From: an uncultured virus (IMG/VR IMGVR_UViG_3300010002_000006)
Lineage: Duplodnaviria; Heunggongvirae; Uroviricota; Caudoviricetes
DNA length: 64,000 nucleotides
Virus record (IMG/VR): IMGVR_UViG_3300010002_000006
Span: 186,001 to 250,000 of that record
Direction: 5' to 3' (one strand)
Shown: positions 10,094-18,828 of the stretch, one piece after another
Layout of the letters: each line of letters opens with the position of its first letter
How positions within the stretch are numbered: position 1 is the first letter of the stretch
Translations under genes and position numbers: made by a program
Notes under the pieces: generated by a model
What the model saw: only the letters and a program-made list of their open reading frames with translations
Told to the model about the DNA's origin: nothing
Database searches by the model: none

Positions 10094-10639
10094 TTAAATC
10101 ACAGGCGTTTGTGGATCCTTGTTAACAGGACACTGAGCGCTGAGTTTACCCAACAGCTTTTTCCAATCATTGCCCACCAGGAAATACTCACTGCCTTCCT
10201 GGCTGATTTTTGGTTGCTCTGGGTTCAGTGATGCAATGGCTTTCTCATACACAGCTTTAGAGCCGATAGGGAAACGCGCCACCTGAAACACTTTATCTGC
10301 ACTCAGAACATTATAATAGACATCGCCCTGGGTCGCCATCATGAGTCCAACTACGAACTTTCCAGCCCGGTCAGAGTTGTTGAGATCGGTGATGCCGAAC
10401 TTACGAAACGCAAACAGATCGTACTGTTTCCCGTCCACGTTGTAAGTCACGTTGAGTTTGTGGGTTTCTGGATTACAGATCACCGCGATCTCACCGCCGT
10501 CTTCACCGCGGTTGGTCATGCCAATCAGTTTGGTGCCCGGCGCCACCAACTCCTTCCAACCAAAGTCAGCGTCAGCCGCCTGTACAGACACAGAGAAGAA
10601 CGCAGAAACAACCAGCAGTGCAGCAAATAACTTTTTCAT
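10094..10639 (-). CDS. Exported protein, Cys-pair family member 1
   Basis: Likely start MKKLFAALLVVSAFFSVSVQA-A (classic SPase I signal); Cys55 and Cys170. Confidence 0.8.
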   Translation of the reverse strand: MKKLFAALLVVSAFFSVSVQAADADFGWKELVAPGTKLIGMTNRGEDGGEIAVICNPETHKLNVTYNVDGKQYDLFAFRKFGITDLNNSDRAGKFVVGLMMATQGDVYYNVLSADKVFQVARFPIGSKAVYEKAIASLNPEQPKISQEGSEYFLVGNDWKKLLGKLSAQCPVNKDPQTPVI

Positions 10640-10712
10640 AATCATACCTTTAAAATTTAAGTGAGGGGGGTTACACTCTGATAATGTAGAGCTGAAGCAA
10701 CTTGCAACTGAA

Positions 10713-11312
10713 TCACAGCCGACCTTTATACGTGTCCATGGCGGCTTTCGCATCAGTGATCGCACTGGTGAAGAATTTGGTTAACTTGATCACGACCTCA
10801 ATAAAGTCCTTTTCTTTCTTTTCAGTTAACAACGCTTTGTCATCACACGAGGCGATGGAAAAGAAGAAATCATGGGTAGGTGAAGTTCCAATGGCCAGCG
10901 AAGACGTATACACCGCATTGGGTCCCGTCTCAGGGTTTAAGAACTCTCGAATTACCCAAGTCTTGTTGAGATCGTAATGCGCACGATACTCACTGAGAAA
11001 GCGATTAAACAAATCGCGCATGAGTTCGAGCTTGGAGACATAATCAATCAGCGCATCGCGCGCCCCAATGTCCCGGTTAGCATGAATCTTTACTAAGTGA
11101 CGACCGATGCCAAAGGTTACTTCGAATGTGGCGAACATCACCTCATACGGCATGTAATCTTCAACAGCCAGATCGCGTTGGTCAATCCCCTCTTTCTCAG
11201 GCTTTACTGTCCAGCGGGTTGAGTTAGACAGCTCATGTTTATATGACACGGTGTTTAACATCGGTGAGCGTTGTAGCCAGTCACGTTTAAAGGTACGTTT
11301 TACCCATGCCAT
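10713..11312 (-). CDS. Hypothetical protein (R[ED]FLN...SC family)
   Basis: 199 aa; aligns by eye with 12280..12864. Confidence 0.7.
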   Translation of the reverse strand: MAWVKRTFKRDWLQRSPMLNTVSYKHELSNSTRWTVKPEKEGIDQRDLAVEDYMPYEVMFATFEVTFGIGRHLVKIHANRDIGARDALIDYVSKLELMRDLFNRFLSEYRAHYDLNKTWVIREFLNPETGPNAVYTSSLAIGTSPTHDFFFSIASCDDKALLTEKKEKDFIEVVIKLTKFFTSAITDAKAAMDTYKGRL

Positions 11313-11321
11313 AGCAAATCC

Positions 11322-11807
11322 TTATAAATGTTTATTGGTCTCCGTGATCAGTTCTAAATATCGCGGATCTTTTTTATGTCTTCGACGCATCTCTTTGCTG
11401 ATGCTGTTATCGGGATCACGATTGTACTGGACCACTTCATACGTGCGGTTACCAACCTTAATCATTTCCTTCCAGCACATCCGACGTTCATCCTGGTCAC
11501 GTTCTACCCACTTAATGAAGGCGTCCATATACTGACGATCCATGTTGATGGTCCAGCCAGTTAAACTGGCCAGTACAACACGGTTCTCAGCAAAGTGAGT
11601 GAAGTCAACCTTAATCCCTTTAAAGGTGTATTCCGGGATAACGTTGGTTCTGAATACCCTCACCAGAATCTGAAATTCCTTGTCCAGGAAATCCAGGATC
11701 TGATCAAAGGCAAACCCTGGCTTAATCAGTGCCAGATAAGAACTCTGCATCAGACTGTTAAAGCTTGGAAACAACAACCCCTCTAAACGGGTCATTTCGC
11801 ATTTCAT
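11322..11807 (-). CDS. Hypothetical protein
   Basis: 161 aa in a tightly packed minus-strand operon; GGGGA RBS. Confidence 0.65.
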   Translation of the reverse strand: MKCEMTRLEGLLFPSFNSLMQSSYLALIKPGFAFDQILDFLDKEFQILVRVFRTNVIPEYTFKGIKVDFTHFAENRVVLASLTGWTINMDRQYMDAFIKWVERDQDERRMCWKEMIKVGNRTYEVVQYNRDPDNSISKEMRRRHKKDPRYLELITETNKHL

Positions 11808-11831
11808 AATTTATCCCCACAGAACGTCTGT

Positions 11832-12290
11832 TTACCACCACCGTTGATAGAAGGAATCATCTTCACATTCTTCCAGGGTTTCAGGTTTACGGATACGCCA
11901 GCCTTTACACCAGGCAATCAGCTTGGCAATGTTTTCATCGGTGACGGTAACAGAATAATTACCACGGGTAATCACCACATGAATAGCCGGCGGATGGGTA
12001 TCCCGGTAGATATTCTTCCAACGACGATCAGGTTGATTCACCGATAACTCAGGATGGTTAATTGACGTCATGGTGACGTTGAGGTATTTGTACGGACGGT
12101 ACAACTCACCCATGGCTGACATACGCTGTGGGCCGAGCGTATAGCCGTTCTGTATTGAATTGGCAATACGAGTCAGCTCAGCATCGAAAGCCTGGGAGAT
12201 GAGCTTAGAGGAGCGTTTAGAACGTCTTCTGACCGCATTAACCGTATGTACCCGAAAGCGGGCCAACTCTTTATAGAAATCACTTTCCAT
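11832..12290 (-). CDS. Hypothetical basic protein
   Basis: Likely start MESDFYKEL at 12290, overlapping the end of the upstream gene. Confidence 0.65.
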   Translation of the reverse strand: MESDFYKELARFRVHTVNAVRRRSKRSSKLISQAFDAELTRIANSIQNGYTLGPQRMSAMGELYRPYKYLNVTMTSINHPELSVNQPDRRWKNIYRDTHPPAIHVVITRGNYSVTVTDENIAKLIAWCKGWRIRKPETLEECEDDSFYQRWW

Positions 12291-12864
12291 CGGTAGGTTT
12301 CTCTTTAATGTGAGTGTCAACTAAATTCTTGACATTAATCAGATCTTCATCAAGACCATCCATAAACGCCAACAGTGACTTAAGGTAATGCTTAAGACCT
12401 TTAGGGTCCGTGAGGTGTCGGTATTTCTTATAGCAACTCGAAATTTCAAACACACAGAAATTGGAAGGCTCGTCACCGTCAGCAGTAATGAAAAGCGTCC
12501 CACCAAAACCGTCATTCACCATTCCGTCATTTAAAAAGTCGCGAAACACTTTCGGTCCTTTGCCGGTGGTGACATGTTCCAGTGCTTCGGTCGCCAATTT
12601 ACGGATAATCGTTAACTTCTTTTGATATTCCGTAAATGATTGATGAATACTCTCATCGTTGTTGTTATGTAACGTGATTAACGAACCAGGATAAACGAAA
12701 CTGATATTCAGGTGAACGTAGTAGTCGTTTGCTGCAATCCCGTCACCGTCAATCGTACCGGATTGCACTGCCTCGGTGAAATAGTGCGAATAGGTAAACC
12801 CCATAATGCCCGGCGGGGGAATAATGAGTTTACGTTTGTGCTTGATATAATTGTTACCTTTCAT
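12280..12864 (-). CDS. Hypothetical protein (R[ED]FLN...SC family)
   Basis: Likely start MKGNNY at 12864, after the terminator; FRDFLN...FEISSCYKK. Confidence 0.65.
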   Translation of the reverse strand: MKGNNYIKHKRKLIIPPPGIMGFTYSHYFTEAVQSGTIDGDGIAANDYYVHLNISFVYPGSLITLHNNNDESIHQSFTEYQKKLTIIRKLATEALEHVTTGKGPKVFRDFLNDGMVNDGFGGTLFITADGDEPSNFCVFEISSCYKKYRHLTDPKGLKHYLKSLLAFMDGLDEDLINVKNLVDTHIKEKPTDGK

Positions 12865-12896
12865 GGCACCACACAAAAATAAAACAGTGAGTAAAA

Positions 12897-12921
12897 CCTC
12901 CTCTGGAAAGCCCAGAGGAGG
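12897..12921 (-). terminator. Intrinsic terminator
   Basis: CCTCCTCTGG-aaagc-CCAGAGGAGG followed by a T-rich tract on the minus strand. Confidence 0.7.
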
Positions 12922-12940
12922 AATCGCCTGCTGGCAGAAG

Positions 12941-13375
12941 TTAGTCGAAGAGTTTCTGGAAACGCTCTGCATTCACGCCGGCGTAGTTAGAATACCAATC
13001 AACCATGTCTTGAGTGTGCGGATAATCCACAAACACCTGAGATGTCCCATACAGGGTATCTTCGCCGATGACTTCACGACCACGCGAGTCAACATTGATG
13101 GTGACCCCGTCACACACTTCCAGACGACCGGTCCAGTGTTCGTGCTTGGTTTCGCCAAACTGTTGATGGTTGATTTCATCAGTGGCTGCCAACACAGCCA
13201 GACTGCCGCCGTTGATCAGGTCCACCGCTTCCTTGATGGTCCCGACCTGCTCTTTGGTGAAGATCGCTTCCGGTTTGAAATCGATGTGATGCGTTTCGCC
13301 GTAGATAGTTGCATCTTTCACCAGTGCATCACGGTTCTTTTCGAGTACTTTGCCAAACGGTTTGTTCTTAGACAT
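12941..13375 (-). CDS. Hypothetical protein, probably highly expressed
   Basis: 144 aa; AGGA RBS; biased codon usage; own terminator. Confidence 0.75.
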   Translation of the reverse strand: MSKNKPFGKVLEKNRDALVKDATIYGETHHIDFKPEAIFTKEQVGTIKEAVDLINGGSLAVLAATDEINHQQFGETKHEHWTGRLEVCDGVTINVDSRGREVIGEDTLYGTSQVFVDYPHTQDMVDWYSNYAGVNAERFQKLFD

Positions 13376-13432
13376 GATAAATCCTGTTGCTTAAATAAGT
13401 GAATAGGGGGTATTACTAAATTGGGGTGCGGG

Positions 13433-14578
13433 TTACTTCTTACGACTGCGGACAGAGGCGACTATTCCGCGAGCATGCTTATCCTGCTCTTCTTTACTGA
13501 GCGTAAGCCCGGTGTCAGGGTCGACTAAAACAAATCCGAATCGAGAGAGACTCATCCGGGTCAGCTCTTTTTGAGTTAACTCGGAAACAATCTTTCCGTC
13601 AGCACCAAAGCGTACACGCGGAATAAACTTCCAGGCGTGATCTGTGCCTGGCGCTTGTTCGACGAAGAACCCTTTAGCTGTCGCTTTCAGAATGATCCCG
13701 TGCTCTTCTTTCCATTCCTGAGACGGATGTCCCGACATTACCTTGAGGACAGTGTCGGGGAATCGCTCTGCCACTTCTGATGCAAATACATGATAGATGT
13801 TTTCGCACTCATTGGTTTCCAGAAGACGGTGATCAATATAGATCCAGACTTCTTCTGATTTACCGGCCAGCAATTCGTCAACAGTCACCGGCGGGTAACC
13901 AATGATGTAACTGGTTTCATCTTTCAGCTCGACTGATCGGAGCTTCTCGACATGCCAGGCGCCATCTTTCAGATGAAGGACGACATCAGACTTTTCGATC
14001 TCCTGTTGAATGACGCCACACTGTTTACGGAACTCAGTGTAGGTTGGATCCATCAGTACAAACTTGGTATTGATCACTGCATCGGGATTATCCCGGCGAT
14101 GCGTGGCCTTGATAATGTTTTCCAGATCCCAGAACATCAATGAATGGCGATTGAGTTCTTCAGGAGTACCGTGTGGGACCAACACCAGAACGCGGTCATC
14201 ACCTTGGATCAGTTTTGCTGGATCAATAAATTCAACCATGTTTGAGATATTTAGTCCAGAATTCATTGAACCATACAGGGCATTGATGTTGTTATGAATC
14301 GGATCCGTTGGATGAGCGCGAGGAATAACATGATCCACTTCTCCCGCCTTAATTTTTTCTTTAAGTTCTCGACGACGGCCCAGCAGTTGTTTCATTGAAA
14401 TATCTTCGGCCGAACCCTTGCCTTCGACAAACTCCAATTGAACCTTTTCATATTCAGCCTGTAATTCAGCTAATGTTTTCATGTAACACTCCTCTGAGAT
14501 CTTGCCTTCAGCAAAATCCAATTTGTTCTTGAATGAAGGGCTACGTGAATTACGTAGCCACTGTTTAGCCAGATCCAT
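13433..14578 (-). CDS. Hypothetical protein with two alpha/beta repeat domains
   Basis: 381 aa; alternative start at 14482 has a GAGGAG RBS; resembles 14581, 15410 and 17778. Confidence 0.7.
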   Translation of the reverse strand: MDLAKQWLRNSRSPSFKNKLDFAEGKISEECYMKTLAELQAEYEKVQLEFVEGKGSAEDISMKQLLGRRRELKEKIKAGEVDHVIPRAHPTDPIHNNINALYGSMNSGLNISNMVEFIDPAKLIQGDDRVLVLVPHGTPEELNRHSLMFWDLENIIKATHRRDNPDAVINTKFVLMDPTYTEFRKQCGVIQQEIEKSDVVLHLKDGAWHVEKLRSVELKDETSYIIGYPPVTVDELLAGKSEEVWIYIDHRLLETNECENIYHVFASEVAERFPDTVLKVMSGHPSQEWKEEHGIILKATAKGFFVEQAPGTDHAWKFIPRVRFGADGKIVSELTQKELTRMSLSRFGFVLVDPDTGLTLSKEEQDKHARGIVASVRSRKK

Positions 14579-14580
14579 GG

Positions 14581-14928
14581 TTACAGGTTAGCCAGGCAAC
14601 GCCCGCGGTATTCACGACGGGCTCCACACTTGGAAACGTAAACACGATCATGGCTTGCGATCAACACGATATTTGACGTGATGATGTGCGCCGTGGTTTT
14701 CTCTTCGATCTCGGCATAAGACGCACGAGCAGGATTCATCGGGACAAGGTGAAGGGTCACCGCCGGATTGATTCGCTGCACATCTTCAATGACGTCGAGG
14801 AGATGTTGGGTTACCAGCAGTTGCTCTGCTTCAGAGTAGCCGTTTCCATAGCCGGAGATAATGGTCATGTTGATCACTGACTCGGGCTTGTACGCTTCCA
14901 GTAGTTCACGAACAGTAACCGTGCACAT
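14581..14928 (-). CDS. Hypothetical protein (single alpha/beta repeat domain)
   Basis: 115 aa abutting both neighbours; TVRELLEAYKPESV. Confidence 0.65.
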   Translation of the reverse strand: MCTVTVRELLEAYKPESVINMTIISGYGNGYSEAEQLLVTQHLLDVIEDVQRINPAVTLHLVPMNPARASYAEIEEKTTAHIITSNIVLIASHDRVYVSKCGARREYRGRCLANL

Positions 14929-15189
14929 TTATACGGTCCGGTTATTGGCAGTCAGCAGTTCACCAGAACGACGCATGTCAAACAGGCGGGTCAACTGGGA
15001 GTTTGACAACGGGGTGTTCATGAGATACTTCAGCGCACGCGCAACGTCGGAGTAGGTCGACTTGTCTTTGGCGCGATAGATCTGATGACGAAGTTGAGAG
15101 AGCTCAATGTAGCTCAGACCTTTCAGGTGCGCGTTCAATTCGACATAATTCAGTTTGGCAAGTTGTTCAATGGTCATGATATTTCTCAC
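14929..15189 (-). CDS. Small helical hypothetical protein
   Basis: 86 aa, possibly starting at MTIEQL; first gene after the promoter-like motif at 15252. Confidence 0.6.
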   Translation of the reverse strand: MRNIMTIEQLAKLNYVELNAHLKGLSYIELSQLRHQIYRAKDKSTYSDVARALKYLMNTPLSNSQLTRLFDMRRSGELLTANNRTV

Positions 15190-15251
15190 TAAGTTAAATG
15201 AATGATAAAGGAAGTACGTATTCGTCTTCCCAGCTTTTCAGCTTCACGTTA

Positions 15252-15267
15252 ATAATATCTATCTGAA
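15252..15267 (-). promoter_or_regulatory. Putative early promoter
   Basis: Minus strand TTCAGATAGATATTAT. Confidence 0.55.
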
Positions 15268-15279
15268 GATATATGGCGC

Positions 15280-15399
15280 TTACTTTTTGAATTCCGGATC
15301 AATAAGCTCCGGGAAACAACCCAGCGATAGCGCTAAATCCGGCTGCGGAATTTCTTCAGTCGGATTAGGCTTCTTTTTAAACGAATCAGCTATTGACAC
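15280..15399 (-). CDS. Small 39 aa protein, not in the ORF track
   Basis: AGGAG RBS then GTG: MSIADSFKKKPNPTEEIPQPDLALSLGCFPELIDPEFKK; fills the intergenic gap. Confidence 0.6.
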   Translation of the reverse strand: MSIADSFKKKPNPTEEIPQPDLALSLGCFPELIDPEFKK

Positions 15400-15409
15400 G
15401 ATCTACTCC

Positions 15410-16234
15410 TTAATCCAGGAACAGGAAGCCACGCGCTTCTTGTTCGATGGTGTTATCAATAACCCGATGAACCAGGGTCTCTTTTTCAGTGACGTTAACG
15501 ACCCAACTTGCTCCGTCAAGCAAACGCTTCAATTCTGCAGACGGACTCTGGTAGCTAAGATCTTCATGCTTCTTAACCGCAACCGTGATGTTATCATTAC
15601 ACAGTAAGATACGACGGGTGACCTTACTCAGATCGGCGTTGGGTTTAAAGTTACGTTGGTCTCCGTCATGCAGTACCAGGATACGCAGTACATCCTTGCC
15701 GCAAAGTTCACGAGTCACGAACATCTTTTCAGTCGGATACTCAACATCCAGATCCAACTTACGCAGCTGCGCTTTACGCTCTTCTGATATGTTACCGTAA
15801 ACATATGCTGCACTGGCCGGCAAGGAAGCTGGGCGGAATCCCAAAACGGTTAAACTCTCACCAACAATTAACCCCAGATCGGGTAGCGCCAGCAAGGTGG
15901 TTGAGACACCGGGATAATAAAAACCGACTGATCCGTCTGACTGCTCATACGTATATTTAATATGCTGACCGTGATCATTACGCTCTACCGGGAGAAGGAA
16001 AATCTTGGTATCCGGAAAGAGGTCAGCAATAGCCGTCTGTACTTCACGTGCAACCGCCATTGCCTTTTCAGACACATAACCAATTACCACGGTCTGGGGT
16101 TTAATCAACGGCAGAAGTTCTTCCAGTTGAAAAGTGACGTCTCCCAGATCTTTCTCCTTAATAAAGCGACCAATCTTTTTGGTGTTAGGAGTGTACTTAG
16201 ACATAACCTTATTTATGATATTAGCAAGTGACAT
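15410..16234 (-). CDS. Hypothetical protein (alpha/beta repeat family)
   Basis: 274 aa; GAGG RBS; LEELLPLIKPQTV...DLFPDTKIFL. Confidence 0.7.
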   Translation of the reverse strand: MSLANIINKVMSKYTPNTKKIGRFIKEKDLGDVTFQLEELLPLIKPQTVVIGYVSEKAMAVAREVQTAIADLFPDTKIFLLPVERNDHGQHIKYTYEQSDGSVGFYYPGVSTTLLALPDLGLIVGESLTVLGFRPASLPASAAYVYGNISEERKAQLRKLDLDVEYPTEKMFVTRELCGKDVLRILVLHDGDQRNFKPNADLSKVTRRILLCNDNITVAVKKHEDLSYQSPSAELKRLLDGASWVVNVTEKETLVHRVIDNTIEQEARGFLFLD

Positions 16235-16251
16235 AATAACCTCGTGTGAAA

Positions 16252-16282
16252 TAGCTTACCCAGGGGATACCCGGATAAGCTA
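16252..16282 (-). terminator. Hairpin, possible terminator
   Basis: TAGCTTA...TAAGCTA imperfect inverted repeat in an intergenic gap. Confidence 0.45.
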
Positions 16283-16298
16283 GTTAAGGGATTAAGAA

Positions 16299-17249
16299 TT
16301 AAAGCGCAGCAAACTGTTCGCAGAAATTAACCATACGCGATCTAAACTGATCATGGAACTCTGGACGGTAATTTAATACCAACTTACGGTTGGAGAGATA
16401 CCGGTCGCTGTTTAGCATGACCTCTATCGAAGGTCCGGTGGTTGTATCTATGTAACAGGCATTGACGTACTCCATGTTGACGTCCTGTTCTCCGACAAAC
16501 CGAACACACCTGTTTAATTCTGGATGCTCCAGCACTCGCTCGCTGGCTTCCTTCATGCTATCCAGAAACGATGTAAAATATCCAACCACATCGTGAGTCT
16601 CTGAACTTGGTCCAGCTAAACATCCCTTATCCCGACGCAATGACATATAGTTAACGTTACGATCAGTCATCTTGCGACCAGAGATGATGATAGGATCTCG
16701 TACACCGTTACCCGGATACCCTATCACTGACATCATCATATCTTCAATATGAAGAATATCTGATTGAGGAGGAACGTTATTTACGATTCGACTCATGACA
16801 TCCAAAAGGTTGTCTCTAACGGTCAACCTATAACTTTCGCTTCTGGCTGGAGCATGCGCCACTAAGAAAGCAGTACTGTCATCGATACCGACAGTTTTGA
16901 AAAAGATGCTCTGCTGTCGAGTAGAGAACACATCTTGGCCATTTATTGTCACCCCTCCAGGAACCCGATTCAGAACGTCCATCATGGTTTCTAAATGGTA
17001 TCTTAATTTTGGTGCGTCAGTTAATTCATAAAACCGACTGCATGCACCGTTGCCAAAGAAAACAATCTGAGGGCGGTTATGATAGCCCTTTTTATCTTCC
17101 GGAATAGGTTGATCTTCATGCGGTCGAATAACCCGAATAAATGAATTAACGGTTGGGTCGACCGGGTAATCCACGACATGAGAGTTGTGAAGAAAGAATG
17201 CGCGATTGTAAGCAGTTTCGCTCGAATAAGAGTCTTTTGATTTTAACAT
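16299..17249 (-). CDS. Hypothetical protein
   Basis: 316 aa; AGGA RBS. Confidence 0.7.
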   Translation of the reverse strand: MLKSKDSYSSETAYNRAFFLHNSHVVDYPVDPTVNSFIRVIRPHEDQPIPEDKKGYHNRPQIVFFGNGACSRFYELTDAPKLRYHLETMMDVLNRVPGGVTINGQDVFSTRQQSIFFKTVGIDDSTAFLVAHAPARSESYRLTVRDNLLDVMSRIVNNVPPQSDILHIEDMMMSVIGYPGNGVRDPIIISGRKMTDRNVNYMSLRRDKGCLAGPSSETHDVVGYFTSFLDSMKEASERVLEHPELNRCVRFVGEQDVNMEYVNACYIDTTTGPSIEVMLNSDRYLSNRKLVLNYRPEFHDQFRSRMVNFCEQFAAL

Positions 17250-17362
17250 GGGCTCATTCCTATTTATGTTTGAATGATAATTTATATTGGTCAGTTAGAC
17301 CGTCTTTACTGCAAGGGGAGTTTGGTTATTGATCCCCATTTATTTATTGGTACAGTTTTTAA

Positions 17363-17767
17363 TTAATAGAACAGCAGCGGCTCGCCGTTTAACCAATTCT
17401 GGATAGTGCCTTCGATTTTCGCCAGAGAAGGCTTCTCCGCATCGTCAGGTACCGGTCCCATATCCACGCGATAGGTCATTAAGATATAATGCCGATACGC
17501 GTTCCAGGTTCCGTCCTTTCGGATGTAGTAAGAGACGTCAGGAGTTAATCCCACCGACACCGCGTTTTCCGTTGAATCGATATTGGCAAGATCTTCGACG
17601 CGCTTGGCAACTTGACGAATATCCATAGCCATGGCGAGGTGATCCAGATTACGCTCCAGATACTTACCCTCTTTTGCCACCTTCAAGGCATGAGCATACC
17701 GCGCCGATGAGTTGTCGCGCTGGTCAGCAGGATCAAATTGACAATCGGGTAAATTGGTATCTACCAT
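17363..17767 (-). CDS. Hypothetical protein
   Basis: Likely start MVDTNLP at 17767 with AAGGA RBS. Confidence 0.65.
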   Translation of the reverse strand: MVDTNLPDCQFDPADQRDNSSARYAHALKVAKEGKYLERNLDHLAMAMDIRQVAKRVEDLANIDSTENAVSVGLTPDVSYYIRKDGTWNAYRHYILMTYRVDMGPVPDDAEKPSLAKIEGTIQNWLNGEPLLFY

Positions 17768-17777
17768 TTGCTTTTCC

Positions 17778-18167
17778 TTAATCGAGTTTGGTGTAAGGCG
17801 GAAGATCAACACCTTCCGGGACTTTGACGATCAGGTGTTTGTTGTCCAGACATTTGACGATAACAATGTCATACGTCATCACCGTACGCATCTTGACCTT
17901 GGGGTCATGAAATGCGAACATCGGCAGAATCTGCGCATCGCCTTTCTTGACATCCCGGCGCATGACCAGGTGGGTGGTCATTGGAATGCGTGGATCAATT
18001 ACCCCCTCTTCAACCACATCGAGAATTTTGCTGAGACGATCGACGTTGCGACAATTGTCATCAACATTCTCATAAGTGTGACCCACTGGCACTTCCACCA
18101 ACACACAGACGTTCTTTGGCTTGGCGACTTTAAGCAAGTCAACCACGGTGGTAATTTTGTCAGTCAT
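17778..18167 (-). CDS. Hypothetical protein (single alpha/beta repeat domain)
   Basis: 129 aa; TVVDLLKVAKPKNV; translationally coupled to the upstream gene. Confidence 0.65.
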   Translation of the reverse strand: MTDKITTVVDLLKVAKPKNVCVLVEVPVGHTYENVDDNCRNVDRLSKILDVVEEGVIDPRIPMTTHLVMRRDVKKGDAQILPMFAFHDPKVKMRTVMTYDIVIVKCLDNKHLIVKVPEGVDLPPYTKLD

Positions 18168-18828
18168 TTTCCTTTCCTTGAATTTCAGGAAGTTTGCGTT
18201 CTTTAGCGAAGCTTGCTTCCCAGCGTTGTTCTAAATAAGAATTTTCGTCGGTTACGTAACCACACTGATACAGTTCGCGTACATTGTGAATATGGTTCAT
18301 CCAATTAGCAGCCGACATATACCCGGTGTAGTGAGAAAAGAAAGGGTTAGCTTGATCAATGAAATCTTCGAAAACGATTTCTTCATCCAAAGGTTTCGAT
18401 AACCCCTTGATGAAATGGTTCAGTGCTGATTCAAACGCCTCTACCCCTTCTTCTTTCAGTGAAGCAAAATGAGCATCCGCTTTTTTCCATTCACGCCCCC
18501 AGCTGTAGAAAGAGGTGAACATCGCCAGCGCTTCAGGTACCGCACAACCAAACCCAAACACCAGTTGTCCTCGGACAGCAACAATGGCAAAGTCGGTCAT
18601 ATCAAGAATACCGGTGAAGTTCTTGATGCTCTCATTATACCCGGCGATATCTCTGGGTGGAAATCCGTACGAGGTAGGACTGTATTCCGCCAGCTTGATT
18701 TTGCCCTCGACGTCGAGTTCGATATACCCGTTACCAAACTCATCACGGGCCTGAGTGTGGCTTTCCTTAAATATGACGTCGTCTACTTTCATTCCCTCAG
18801 GAATTTTAACATTTGCGATATCAGTCAT
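18160..18828 (-). CDS. Hypothetical protein
   Basis: 222 aa; start/stop overlaps with both neighbours. Confidence 0.7.
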   Translation of the reverse strand: MTDIANVKIPEGMKVDDVIFKESHTQARDEFGNGYIELDVEGKIKLAEYSPTSYGFPPRDIAGYNESIKNFTGILDMTDFAIVAVRGQLVFGFGCAVPEALAMFTSFYSWGREWKKADAHFASLKEEGVEAFESALNHFIKGLSKPLDEEIVFEDFIDQANPFFSHYTGYMSAANWMNHIHNVRELYQCGYVTDENSYLEQRWEASFAKERKLPEIQGKEND

